Assembly: GCA_023459915.1 (NCBI GenBank)
Contig: JAEWSN010000170.1
Span: forward strand, 5,508 to 69,507
Direction: 5' to 3'
From: Bacillota bacterium
Lineage (GTDB): Bacteria > Bacillota > Clostridia > DSM-8532
DNA length: 64,000 bases
Shown here: positions 51,916-60,047 of the stretch, in pieces
Position numbering within the stretch: position 1 is the stretch's first letter
Layout: each line of letters opens with the position of its first letter
The notes under the pieces: model-generated
What the model saw: the letters and a program-made list of their open reading frames with translations, nothing else
Database searches by the model: none
What the model was told of the DNA's origin: nothing
Program-made: the position numbers and the translations under genes

Positions 51916-53172
51916 ATGGCCATTGTAGTGGGCGTCCGGTTTCGGACTGCCGGAAAGATATACGATTTCAGCCCGGAGGGGGAAACCTACCAGAAGGGCG
52001 ATCATGTCATTGTGGAGACCGCGCGCGGTGTGGAATGCGGCGAGGTGCAGACCGGCAACCACGAGGTACCTGACACCGCGGTGGTTCAGCCGCTGAAGCC
52101 GGTGTCCCGGCGGGCCACGGCAGACGATGTGGCGCGAAACGAGGCCAACCGCCGCAAGGAGAAGGAAGCCCGGGAGATCTGTCTGGAGCGGATTCGCCGC
52201 CACAATCTGGAGATGAAGCTCATCGATGTCGAATACACCTTCGACAATTCCAAAATCCTGTTCTATTTCACCGCGGACGGCCGGGTCGATTTCCGGGATC
52301 TTGTGAAGGATCTCGCCTCCGTTTTCCGCACCCGCATTGAGCTGCGGCAAATCGGTGTGCGCGATGAAGCCAAGATGATGGGCGCCATCGGCACCTGCGG
52401 CCGGGAATTGTGCTGTTCCACATTCCTGTCGGAGTTTCATCCGGTGTCCATCAAGATGGCCAAGGAGCAGTCGCTTTCGCTCAATCCCACCAAAATATCC
52501 GGTACCTGCGGCCGCCTGATGTGCTGTCTCAAGTATGAAAATGAAGCCTACGAATACCTGCACAAGCGTTCGCCGCGCATCGACGCCATTGTCTCCACGC
52601 CCCAGGGGCAGGGAACGGTGGTGGGTGTGAACCTGCTGCGCGAATCTGTCCGGGTGCGGCTCGACACCGAAACCGGCAACGAGCTGCTGGAAGTCAAGGT
52701 GGACGATCTGGAGATCATCAAGGACGGCGGCAAGCGCCATGGCGGCGATCGCGCCGCGCCGCGCCGCGAATCCAACCAGTCCCGGGACGCAAAGCCGGCA
52801 GACGACGCCAATGGCGCGCCGGCCGCGAACGAGGATGGCGGCCGGAACCGGCGCGACCGGGGACGTTCCGGTCGCGATGGCGGCAGAAACCGTGACCGCC
52901 GCCGCAATGGGGAACAGGAGAACGGTGACGCGGCTTCAACCATGTCCGCGACATCACCAGCACCCGCGACCCAAACGTCGGCCCCTGCAGCACAAGCTGC
53001 CGCGCCGGCGCCAACGCCGATGGCAGCCCCCACGGAAGCATCTGCAGCAGCCTCTGCGGCAGCTCCTGCGACAGCCTCTGCAGCAGCCCCTGCGACAGTC
53101 CTCGAAGCAGCACCGCTGATAGACTGGAATGATGCGGTGATTGAGGAGCCTCCGGAAACTTCTGCGGAATGA
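51916..53172 (+). CDS. ricT: PSP1-domain protein RicT/YaaT with a long low-complexity C-terminal tail
   Basis: AAGGAGG RBS. VGVRFRTAGKIYDF..., DVEYTFDNSKILFYFTADGRVDFRDLVKDLASVFRTRIELRQIG, and the Cys cluster GTCGRELCC...GTCGRLMCCLKYE. The last 130 aa or so are Arg/Asp/Ala-rich. Confidence 0.9.
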   Translation: MAIVVGVRFRTAGKIYDFSPEGETYQKGDHVIVETARGVECGEVQTGNHEVPDTAVVQPLKPVSRRATADDVARNEANRRKEKEAREICLERIRRHNLEMKLIDVEYTFDNSKILFYFTADGRVDFRDLVKDLASVFRTRIELRQIGVRDEAKMMGAIGTCGRELCCSTFLSEFHPVSIKMAKEQSLSLNPTKISGTCGRLMCCLKYENEAYEYLHKRSPRIDAIVSTPQGQGTVVGVNLLRESVRVRLDTETGNELLEVKVDDLEIIKDGGKRHGGDRAAPRRESNQSRDAKPADDANGAPAANEDGGRNRRDRGRSGRDGGRNRDRRRNGEQENGDAASTMSATSPAPATQTSAPAAQAAAPAPTPMAAPTEASAAASAAAPATASAAAPATVLEAAPLIDWNDAVIEEPPETSAE

Positions 53173-53225
53173 GTTCCCGAGCATATGCGAATTAGCAAAT
53201 AATACCAAATATGCTTTGATTTGTA

Positions 53226-53254
53226 TTGACAGAGACCCCCACATGGGATACCAT
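53226..53254 (+). promoter_or_regulatory. strong-looking promoter of the ferredoxin gene
   Basis: TTGACA (53226-53231), 17-nt spacer, then TACCAT (53249-53254). An AT-rich stretch lies upstream. Confidence 0.55.
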
Positions 53255-53304
53255 GATCAGCGGAGACAATATCCACGCTTACCCACCATCAGGAGGAACA
53301 CGAA

Positions 53305-53475
53305 ATGGCATACGTAATCAACGACGATTGCATCAACTGTGGCGCTTGCGAACCGGAATGCCCGGTCAGCTGCATCACGGCCGGAGACACGAAGTACGTC
53401 ATCGACGAAGACGCCTGCATCGATTGCGGCGCTTGCGCGAGTGTCTGCCCGGTTGGCGCCCCCAACCCCAAGTAA
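53305..53475 (+). CDS. clostridial-type 2x[4Fe-4S] ferredoxin (56 aa, below the ORF-track cutoff)
   Basis: Hand translation gives MAYVINDDCINCGACEPECPVSCITAGDTKYVIDEDACIDCGACASVCPVGAPNPK, which contains two CxxCxxCxxxCP motifs. The AGGAGG RBS lies 8 nt upstream. Confidence 0.9.
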   Translation: MAYVINDDCINCGACEPECPVSCITAGDTKYVIDEDACIDCGACASVCPVGAPNPK

Positions 53476-53490
53476 GCTTGCGGAAGAGAG

Positions 53491-53517
53491 AAAAACCGCC
53501 GTACGGCGGTTTTTTTC
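53491..53517 (+). terminator. rho-independent terminator after the ferredoxin gene
   Basis: AAAAACCGCCGTACGGCGGTTTTTTT. Confidence 0.85.
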
Positions 53518-53559
53518 TATATACGGCAGAAATGACGGCGCTTGCGCCAAGAGGATGTC

Positions 53560-54396
53560 ATGCCCTACAATCCACATCCAGACAACTGCATGCAAGGCGC
53601 CTGTTCGCCCGCAGCCGGCGAAACGCCGCATTCCTGCCGGTGGACCATGGGGCTGGTGCCCGTCCATCCGGATGAGACGCTGGAATGGCTCACACCGGAC
53701 GGCATGGCGGTGATTCAGAAGAAACAGGGATTCCGCTTTGGTACGGACGCGCTGGCGCTCGCGCGGTTCGCGCTTTCTCACCTGCGTCGGGGAAACGGAA
53801 AGAAGCCATTGGCCAGCGTGTTGGATCTCGGCACCGGCAGCGGCATCCTGCCCCTGCTGCTCGCCCGCGACACTCCGGCCACGCAGGTGACCGGCATTGA
53901 GATTCAGCCGGAGATGGCCAACATGGCCAGCCGATCCGTCATCGGGAACACGCTTTCCCACAGGATATGCATTGTCGAAGGAGATCTCAAATCCGCGGGG
54001 AGCCTCATCGGCCGCGGTTCACAGGATTTGGTGCTGTCCAACCCGCCCTATCAGCCCATCGGTGCCGCGCTGCGCAGCGGGCGGGAGGGGGTGGATGCCG
54101 CCAGGCACGAGGTGTTCTGCACCCTGGCCGATGTGGTGGCGCAGGCTTCGGCCTGTCTGCGGCCCGGCGGCGCGTTCTGCCTTGTCCACAAGCCCGAGCG
54201 GCTCACCGAGCTGATGCTGCTGCTGAACCGGGAGGGGCTGGAGCCCAAGCAACTGCAGTTTTTGCACCCGCACGCGGGCAAGCCGCCGTCGCTGATGCTG
54301 GTGCGCGCGCTGCGCGGCGGCCGGCGGGGGCTTCATGTGCTGCCGCCCCTGTTGCGGGAACCGCAGAAAGGAACAACACATGGCCATTGCGATTGA
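53560..54396 (+). CDS. SAM-dependent N6-adenine methyltransferase, tRNA1(Val) m6A37 (YfiC/TrmN6)-like
   Basis: FRFGTDALALA..., SAM motif VLDLGTGSGILPLLLA, and catalytic NPPY (LSNPPYQP). The start is taken as ATG 53560, after the terminator. Confidence 0.75.
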   Translation: MPYNPHPDNCMQGACSPAAGETPHSCRWTMGLVPVHPDETLEWLTPDGMAVIQKKQGFRFGTDALALARFALSHLRRGNGKKPLASVLDLGTGSGILPLLLARDTPATQVTGIEIQPEMANMASRSVIGNTLSHRICIVEGDLKSAGSLIGRGSQDLVLSNPPYQPIGAALRSGREGVDAARHEVFCTLADVVAQASACLRPGGAFCLVHKPERLTELMLLLNREGLEPKQLQFLHPHAGKPPSLMLVRALRGGRRGLHVLPPLLREPQKGTTHGHCD

Positions 54397-54946
54397 ACTG
54401 CCGCTGACCAGGGCGGCGTTGAAGACCCTCAAGGCGGGAGACGAGGTGCTGCTCAGCGGCGTGCTGTACACCGGACGCGACGCGGCGCACAAGCGCATGA
54501 TCGCCTGTCTGGACGCAGGTGAGCCCCTGCCGGTGGACCTGCGGGATCAGGTCATCTATTATGTCGGGCCATGCCCCGCGCCGCCCGGGAAGCCCATCGG
54601 TTCGGCCGGACCGACCACCAGCGGCCGCATGGACGCGTACACGCCCCGGTTGCTCGATCTCGGCCTGGCCGGCATGATTGGCAAGGGGCTGCGCGATGAC
54701 GCCGTCAAGGAGGCCATTGTCCGCAACGGCGCCGTGTATTTCGGCGCGATAGGCGGCGCGGCCGCCCTGATTGCCCAGCGTGTGGCGCAGGCCGAGGTGG
54801 TGGCGTTTCACGATTTGGGAACCGAGGCCATCCACCGGCTGGTCGTGAAGGACTTCCCCGTGTTTGTGGTCATCGACGCCGACGGAAACGATCTGTACGA
54901 AACGGGAAGAGCCGCCGCGGCGGCAGCCCTGAAAGGAAACACATGA
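54380..54946 (+). CDS. Fe-S hydro-lyase beta subunit (class I fumarate hydratase / tartrate dehydratase C-terminal domain)
   Basis: LLSGVLYTGRDAAHKRM..., YYVGPCPAPPGKPIGSAGPTTSGRMD..., GMIGKG..., YFGAIGGAAAL... No alpha subunit is adjacent. Confidence 0.8.
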   Translation: MAIAIELPLTRAALKTLKAGDEVLLSGVLYTGRDAAHKRMIACLDAGEPLPVDLRDQVIYYVGPCPAPPGKPIGSAGPTTSGRMDAYTPRLLDLGLAGMIGKGLRDDAVKEAIVRNGAVYFGAIGGAAALIAQRVAQAEVVAFHDLGTEAIHRLVVKDFPVFVVIDADGNDLYETGRAAAAAALKGNT

Positions 54947-55665
54947 AGCATGAAGCATGGCACCATCTGTTCGGAACAGCCCGGGTGGTGATTTTCGCCG
55001 GCCACTACGGCAGCGGCAAATCCGAGATATCGGTCCAATACGCCCGCCTGATGGCCGAAACCGGCCGCCGGGTGCTGCTGGCGGACATGGACATTGTCAA
55101 TCCCTTCTTCAGAAGCCTGGATGCGCGGACGCTGCTCGAAGCCGAGGGTGTCCATGTGGTGGCGCCGCTGTTCGCGAACACAAATGTGGATGTGCCGGCG
55201 CTTGTGCCGGAAATCACCAGCGCGCTGCACAATCCGGACACCCTGGTGGTGCTGGATGTGGGCGGGGATGGAGACGGCGCGCGGGTGCTGGGCCGCTACC
55301 ACCGCGATCTGAAAGCGGACGAGCTGGCGATGGTGTTCATTTTCAACGCGTCCCGGCCGCTCACCAGAACCGCGGAGACCGCCGCGGTGCAGATGCAGGA
55401 GATTGCGTTTGCGTCCCGGCAGCGGTTCACGCACATCCTCAACAATACACATCTGCTGGACGAAACCACGGACGCGCTGGTGGCGCAGGGGGAGCGTGAG
55501 GCGCAGGCGCTGGCGGAGAAGACCGGGGTGCCGCTGGCCGGCACTGTGGTGGCCGTGGATGAGCCGGGGTCTGACCCCATGAGTGGACTGGGGTCTGACC
55601 CCTTCGATCGCCTGATGGCCGACGCCTTGCCGCTGCGCCGCACGCTGGGTGTCCACTTCGGTTGA
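54943..55665 (+). CDS. P-loop NTPase of unknown function (MinD/Mrp-like fold)
   Basis: VVIFAGHYGSGKSEISV, then LLADMDIVNP and VVLDVGGDGDG. ATGA overlap with the preceding gene. The C-terminal 35 aa contain the REPIN-like element. Confidence 0.65.
   Translation: MKHEAWHHLFGTARVVIFAGHYGSGKSEISVQYARLMAETGRRVLLADMDIVNPFFRSLDARTLLEAEGVHVVAPLFANTNVDVPALVPEITSALHNPDTLVVLDVGGDGDGARVLGRYHRDLKADELAMVFIFNASRPLTRTAETAAVQMQEIAFASRQRFTHILNNTHLLDETTDALVAQGEREAQALAEKTGVPLAGTVVAVDEPGSDPMSGLGSDPFDRLMADALPLRRTLGVHFG
55566..55602. repeat. REPIN-like pair GGGGTCTGACCCC, 11 nt, GGGGTCTGACCCC inside a CDS
   Basis: The copies are at 55566-55578 and 55590-55602, with the spacer ATGAGTGGACT. It is read in frame as PGSDPMSGLGSDPF. 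Confidence 0.9.
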
Positions 55666-55748
55666 CAGGGGCCCCCCTGGGACATAGAATTGTTTGGACG
55701 GACTTTTTCCCGAATGGGACGGACTTATTCCCGTAAAGGAGCAAAAAC

Positions 55749-55955
55749 ATGGCAAAAGTGACATTTCAAGTGGAGCGCTGCAAGAACTGCGGTTTGTGCA
55801 TCAGCGTCTGTCCCAAGAAAATCATCCATGTGGACAGGGATTTTCTGAACGCCAAAGGGTATCATCCGGCCCGGGTGACGGAAATGGACAAATGCATCGG
55901 CTGCGCGTTCTGCGCCACCATCTGCCCGGATTGCGTCATTGTGGTCGAGAAGTAA
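55749..55955 (+). CDS. 2-oxoacid:ferredoxin oxidoreductase delta subunit (2x[4Fe-4S])
   Basis: CKNCGLCISVCP and CIGCAFCATICP. AAGGAG RBS. Confidence 0.85.
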   Translation: MAKVTFQVERCKNCGLCISVCPKKIIHVDRDFLNAKGYHPARVTEMDKCIGCAFCATICPDCVIVVEK

Positions 55956-55968
55956 GGAGGGTTCCCCC

Positions 55969-57024
55969 ATGGGAGAAAAACTGCTGATGAAGGGGAATGA
56001 GGTGATTGCGGAAGCCGCGTTGCGCGCGGGTTGCCGCCATTACTTCGGCTATCCCATCACCCCGCAGACCGAAATTGCCCATTACATGGCCAAGCGCATG
56101 CCCCAGGAGGGCGGCGTGTTTCTGCAGGCGGAGAGTGAAGTGTCCGCCATCAACATGGTCTATGGCGCCTCTTCCGCGGGTCGCCGGGTCATGACCTCGT
56201 CGTCCAGTCCGGGCGTCAGCCTCAAGCAGGAGGGCATTTCCTACCTGGCCGGCGCGCGCCTGCCGGCGGTCATCGTCAACATCATGCGCGCGGGCCCGGG
56301 CCTTGGCGGCATCCAGCCGGCGCAGGGAGACTATTTCCAGGCGGTCAAGGGCGGCGGCCATGGCGACTACCGGCTCATCACACTCGCGCCGGCCTCGGTT
56401 CAGGAGCTGTACGAGCTCACCGTGGACGCGTTCAACCTCGCGGACAAGTACCGCAACGTGGTGATGCTGCTCGGCGACGGCATGCTGGGCCAGATGATGG
56501 AAGTGGTGCGGTTCCGGGACGAGGAGCCCGTTGTGCTCGAGGAAAAGCCCTGGGCCACCGTGGGCACCGACATGAAGCGCGAGCACAACACCACGGCTTC
56601 CATCCACCTCGATCCGGCCGTGCTGGAGCGGTGGAACGAGGAGCGACAGGGTCAGTACCGCGTCATGGAAGAAATGGAGCAGCGGTACGAGCTGATGAAC
56701 ACGGACGGCGCCGATGTGGTGCTGGTTGCGTACGGGTCTGTGGCCCGCATCGCGAAGAACGTCATCAAGGCGGCGGAAAAGGAAGGCATCAAGCTGGGGC
56801 TGTTGCGGCCCATCACGCTCTGGCCGTTCCCCACAAAGGCGTTCGAGCAGGTATTGCCGCAGACGAAGGCTTTCCTGGTGGTGGAAATGAGCGCCGGACA
56901 GATGCTGGAAGATGTGCGGCTCACCGTTGAGGGCCGTCGCCCGGTGTTCTTCCACGGACGCATGGGTGGCATGATTCCCACCGTCACGGACATCATGGCG
57001 AAGGTTCGCGAAATCATCGGATGA
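55969..57024 (+). CDS. 2-oxoacid:ferredoxin oxidoreductase alpha subunit
   Basis: ATG at 55969 follows AAGGAGGG. LMKGNEVIAEAALRAGCRHYFGYPITPQTEI..., ESEVSAINMVYGAS..., TSSSSPGVSL. Confidence 0.9.
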   Translation: MGEKLLMKGNEVIAEAALRAGCRHYFGYPITPQTEIAHYMAKRMPQEGGVFLQAESEVSAINMVYGASSAGRRVMTSSSSPGVSLKQEGISYLAGARLPAVIVNIMRAGPGLGGIQPAQGDYFQAVKGGGHGDYRLITLAPASVQELYELTVDAFNLADKYRNVVMLLGDGMLGQMMEVVRFRDEEPVVLEEKPWATVGTDMKREHNTTASIHLDPAVLERWNEERQGQYRVMEEMEQRYELMNTDGADVVLVAYGSVARIAKNVIKAAEKEGIKLGLLRPITLWPFPTKAFEQVLPQTKAFLVVEMSAGQMLEDVRLTVEGRRPVFFHGRMGGMIPTVTDIMAKVREIIG

Positions 57025-57116
57025 GGATGACCCGTCAAGGGAATACGAGATCATCGGATGAGGAAGACCTGAAAAGGTTCGCGAAATCATCGGGTGAGGA
57101 TGACCTGACAAGGAGG
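57001..57116. repeat. triplicated copy of the alpha-subunit 3' end filling the alpha-beta spacer
   Basis: AAGGTTCGCGAAATCATCGGATGAGGATGACC (57001-57032) includes the real stop. A partial copy GAGATCATCGGATGAGGAAGACC lies at 57047-57069. A further copy AAGGTTCGCGAAATCATCGGGTGAGGATGACC lies at 57075-57106. Confidence 0.9.
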
Positions 57117-57124
57117 CGATTTTC

Positions 57125-57871
57125 ATGGCGATTGTAGCGCAAAGACCGCACGCGTTGCGGGATATTCCGCTTCATTACTGCCCCGGCTGCACCCATGGCA
57201 TTTCCCACCGGCTGGTGGCGGAGGTGCTGGACGAGCTGGGCATTGAGGGAGAAACCATCGGCGTCTCGTCGGTGGGCTGCTCCTACAACAATTACGACTA
57301 TTTCAACTGTGACATGGTGCAGGCCGCCCACGGGCGCGCGCCCGCGGTTGCGACCGGCATCAAGCGCAGCCTGCCGAATCGTGTTGTGTTCACCTACCAG
57401 GGCGACGGCGATCTCGCCGCCATCGGCACCGCGGAAATTGTGCATGCCGCGGCCCGTGGGGAGAACATCACGGTGGTGTTCATCAACAACACCATCTACG
57501 GCATGACCTCCGGCCAGATGGCGCCGACCACCCTGCTGGGCCAGGTGACCACCACCTCGCCGGGCGGCCGCAACGCCAAGGACCACGGCAACCCCATCCG
57601 CGTCAGCGAAATGCTGGCCACGCTCGATGGCCCCGCGTATATTGAGCGCGTGTCCCTGCACGACATCAAGCACATCCGCCAGGCAAAGGCGGCGCTGAAG
57701 AAGGCGTTCCGGCTGCAAAAGGAGGGGAAGGGCTTCACCATGGTGGAGCTGCTCTCCACCTGTCCCACCAACTGGGGACTGGATCCCATCGAATCCATGC
57801 AGCGGGTGGCCAACGAGCTGATTCCGCACTACCCGCTCGGCGTGTTTGTGGACTGTGAGAAGGAGGGTTGA
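57125..57871 (+). CDS. 2-oxoacid:ferredoxin oxidoreductase beta (TPP-binding) subunit
   Basis: YCPGCTHG..., GDGDLAAIG..., FINNTIYGMTSGQ. AAGGAGG RBS. Confidence 0.9.
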   Translation: MAIVAQRPHALRDIPLHYCPGCTHGISHRLVAEVLDELGIEGETIGVSSVGCSYNNYDYFNCDMVQAAHGRAPAVATGIKRSLPNRVVFTYQGDGDLAAIGTAEIVHAAARGENITVVFINNTIYGMTSGQMAPTTLLGQVTTTSPGGRNAKDHGNPIRVSEMLATLDGPAYIERVSLHDIKHIRQAKAALKKAFRLQKEGKGFTMVELLSTCPTNWGLDPIESMQRVANELIPHYPLGVFVDCEKEG

Positions 57872-57873
57872 CC

Positions 57874-58413
57874 ATGCACCACGAAATCATCATTGCCGGA
57901 TTTGGTGGTCAGGGCATCCTGTCCGCCGGCCGCCTGCTCGCCTACGCGGGCATGCTCGACGGACGCGAGGTCTCCTGGCTTCCCTCGTATGGGCCGGAAA
58001 TGCGTGGCGGCACCGCCAACAGCATGATTGTCATTTCCGACGAACCGGTCGCGTCGCCCATTTTTCAGGCCTGCACCTCGCTGCTGGTCATGAACAACCC
58101 GTCCATGGCCAAGTTCGAGGGCCAGGTGGAGCCGGGCGGCGTCATTGTCTATGACAGCGCCATCATCACGGTGAAGCCCAAGCGTACGGATGTGAAGGCC
58201 TTCGGCATTCCTGCCACCATGATGGCTTCGGAGATGAACGAGCTGACGTATTCCAATGTGTTCCTGCTGGGCAAGCTCATCGGCGAAACCGGCTGCGTCA
58301 CCCGCGAAAGCTTTGAACAGGCGCTCTACGGCGTGCTGCCCAAGCGCAAGCACGGCATGATTCCAGAAGAAATGCTGGTGCTCGACCGCGGCATGGCGTA
58401 TGCTGCGGTGTGA
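57874..58413 (+). CDS. 2-oxoacid:ferredoxin oxidoreductase gamma subunit
   Basis: IIIAGFGGQGILSAG..., SYGPEMRGGTA. ATG at 57874 follows AAGGAGGG. Confidence 0.9.
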   Translation: MHHEIIIAGFGGQGILSAGRLLAYAGMLDGREVSWLPSYGPEMRGGTANSMIVISDEPVASPIFQACTSLLVMNNPSMAKFEGQVEPGGVIVYDSAIITVKPKRTDVKAFGIPATMMASEMNELTYSNVFLLGKLIGETGCVTRESFEQALYGVLPKRKHGMIPEEMLVLDRGMAYAAV

Positions 58414-58436
58414 GCAACAATATAACGCCAATAAGA

Positions 58437-58478
58437 GATGGCCCACGTTGTGTATCAAGACGTGGGTCATCTTTTTTT
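58437..58478 (+). terminator. rho-independent terminator of the oxidoreductase operon
   Basis: GATGGCCCACGT-loop-ACGTGGGTCATC followed by TTTTTTT. Confidence 0.8.
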
Positions 58479-58583
58479 GTGCGCGCGACGGTGCGCGCGA
58501 GATGGTAATTTGTACCGCATTAGGTTACAAAAATCGTATTCCTTTCCACACTTTCAAGTCTTGCAAACAACAATCATGCTAAT

Positions 58584-59084
58584 TCAGGATTGTGAGGTCT
58601 CAATCCCCAGCGCATGTGCCACCGCGCGGTTCCGCTTCAGGAACAGCAGCAGCGGAAGTCCCAACAGGAAGCAGGCACCGGCCTCGCCCAGTGCAAACCA
58701 GCCGAGGGAAAGAACATACGGCAGGCTGCGGTCGAACAGGAACCAGATGTAGCTGCCCACCACCAGCGTGTTTACAATGACCGGCGGCAGCGGCGCGAGC
58801 CAGATTCGGCGGCGCACCAGCCAGGTGAGCCAGGCGGCCAGCAGGGTGGCCAGGCTGCCGAAGACAATGTCCACCCAGCCGAATCCGCCCAGGATGTTCG
58901 AGAGCAGGCAGCCGATGAACAGGCCCGGAATGGCGGCCGGCATCACGGCGGGCAGAACGGTGAGCGCTTCGGAGACACGGAATTGCACAATGCCGAACGA
59001 GATGGGTTGGAGCAGCAGCGTCAGTGCCGCGTAGATGGCCGCGATCAGCGCGCCTTGAACCAGATTGCGTGTGGAAGATTTCAT
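58584..59084 (-). CDS. queT: queuosine-precursor transporter QueT
   Basis: ATG at 59084 (MKSSTRNLVQGALIAAIYAALTLLLQPISFGIVQFRVSEALTVLP...). This is a QueT/COG4708-type ECF S-component-like membrane protein. Confidence 0.8.
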   Translation of the reverse strand: MKSSTRNLVQGALIAAIYAALTLLLQPISFGIVQFRVSEALTVLPAVMPAAIPGLFIGCLLSNILGGFGWVDIVFGSLATLLAAWLTWLVRRRIWLAPLPPVIVNTLVVGSYIWFLFDRSLPYVLSLGWFALGEAGACFLLGLPLLLFLKRNRAVAHALGIETSQS

Positions 59085-59260
59085 GATTCCTTTCCAGGGC
59101 AAAACCCCGCCGGCTTTGGTCTGGCGTTGCCGGAAACGCCATAGTTTTGGTTGGCACCGGTGTTGCCGTGTGCCTGCCAGGAGTTTGCGAACTGGCAGCC
59201 TGCCCGCCCTTGGTTCTGTCATTGCCCGCCCATGTGGGTGGGTGGCGGAACAAGGGGAAA
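59085..59260 (-). promoter_or_regulatory. long structured 5' leader of queT; possible preQ1 riboswitch, class undetermined
   Basis: About 170 nt of GC-rich leader with several hairpins: CTGCCAG-N11-CTGGCAG, GGCGTT-TCCGGC-AACGCC, and an A-rich tract CCAACCAAAACTATGG. UUUCC in a loop is complementary to the GGAAAGGA RBS. queT genes are commonly preQ1-regulated, but I could not match a known consensus by eye. Confidence 0.3.
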
Positions 59261-59311
59261 ACAGACTTGACCATTCTAAGGGATGACGGGGAAAACCGCA
59301 AGACCGGTTTG

Positions 59312-59340
59312 TTGTACTCGCACAAATACAAGCATATACT
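59312..59340 (+). promoter_or_regulatory. candidate nfeD-floA promoter
   Basis: TTGTAC (59312-59317), 17-nt spacer, then TATACT (59335-59340). Confidence 0.35.
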
Positions 59341-59415
59341 GGAGATGGAAGAATCTGGTTCCATGAGCGCGCATCATCTGCGGATGCGCGTCATGGCCGG
59401 ACAAGGAGTGAACCG

Positions 59416-59925
59416 ATGGAACTGTTCAGTTTTGTGGAAGGAATTGCGACGCTTCAAATCGTTTTGTTTGCCGTCGGCATGCTGCTGCTTGTGGTGGAAG
59501 CGTTCAACCCCGGATTCGGGATTGCCGGCGGACTCGGCCTTGCGCTGATGGTTGTCGGGATCATCCTCACCGCGAGAAACGCATTTGAAGCCATGGTCAT
59601 GGTGGTGCTGCTGCTTTTGCTTTTGGCGCTGCTGCTTTTTCTTGTTTTGCGCTCCGCCAGGGGCGGCATGCTGTACCGCGGGCTCATCCTGAAGGCTGCA
59701 GCCACCCGGCAGGAGGGATTTGCCGCGGTGCCGGAGGACACAACACTGGTAGGCAAGGAGGGGGTTGTACTCACACAACATCGCCCCGCCGGAACCGGTG
59801 AGATAGACGGCCAGCGCATGGACATTGTTTCAGAAGGCGCGTTCATCGCGACGGGAACACGCATCCGGGTGGTGCGAGTGGAAGAGCGTCGCATTGTGGT
59901 GGCGCCGATTCGACAAGCAACTTGA
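59416..59925 (+). CDS. NfeD-family membrane protein
   Basis: N-terminal TM bundle plus a C-terminal OB-like domain (LVGKEGVVLTQHRPAGTGEIDGQRMDIVSEGAFIATGTRIRVVRVEERRIVV). It precedes floA, as in Bacillus yqeZ-yqfA. Confidence 0.8.
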   Translation: MELFSFVEGIATLQIVLFAVGMLLLVVEAFNPGFGIAGGLGLALMVVGIILTARNAFEAMVMVVLLLLLLALLLFLVLRSARGGMLYRGLILKAAATRQEGFAAVPEDTTLVGKEGVVLTQHRPAGTGEIDGQRMDIVSEGAFIATGTRIRVVRVEERRIVVAPIRQAT

Positions 59926-60047
59926 CGGCCTGCGGGAGATGAGGTTGGTCCGGTTCCCGAATCGAAGGCTTGTCTGCGAATGAATGACTGTCATTGATAA
60001 GGTTGGTCCGGTGCCTGAAACCGGATGTCTGGAAGGAGTATTCATTT

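Noticed and set aside
51786-52073. 95-aa ORF reading the 15-nt repeat as TVK repeats
   Set aside because: It begins inside the holB stop region, has no RBS, and runs out of frame into ricT, which has an AAGGAGG RBS and PSP1 motifs.
53226-53675. 149-aa track ORF
   Set aside because: It is out of frame with a perfect 56-aa 2x[4Fe-4S] ferredoxin (53305-53475) that has its own promoter, RBS and terminator. The long ORF also runs through that terminator.
59130-59165. preQ1-I aptamer (small hairpin plus A-rich tail CCAACCAAAACTATGG)
   Set aside because: The loop lacks the sequence needed to pair with the tail (no UAG/CUA-type P2), and the P1 stem is only 4 bp. It does not fit the class I consensus as I remember it. 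I kept it only as an unclassified structured leader.
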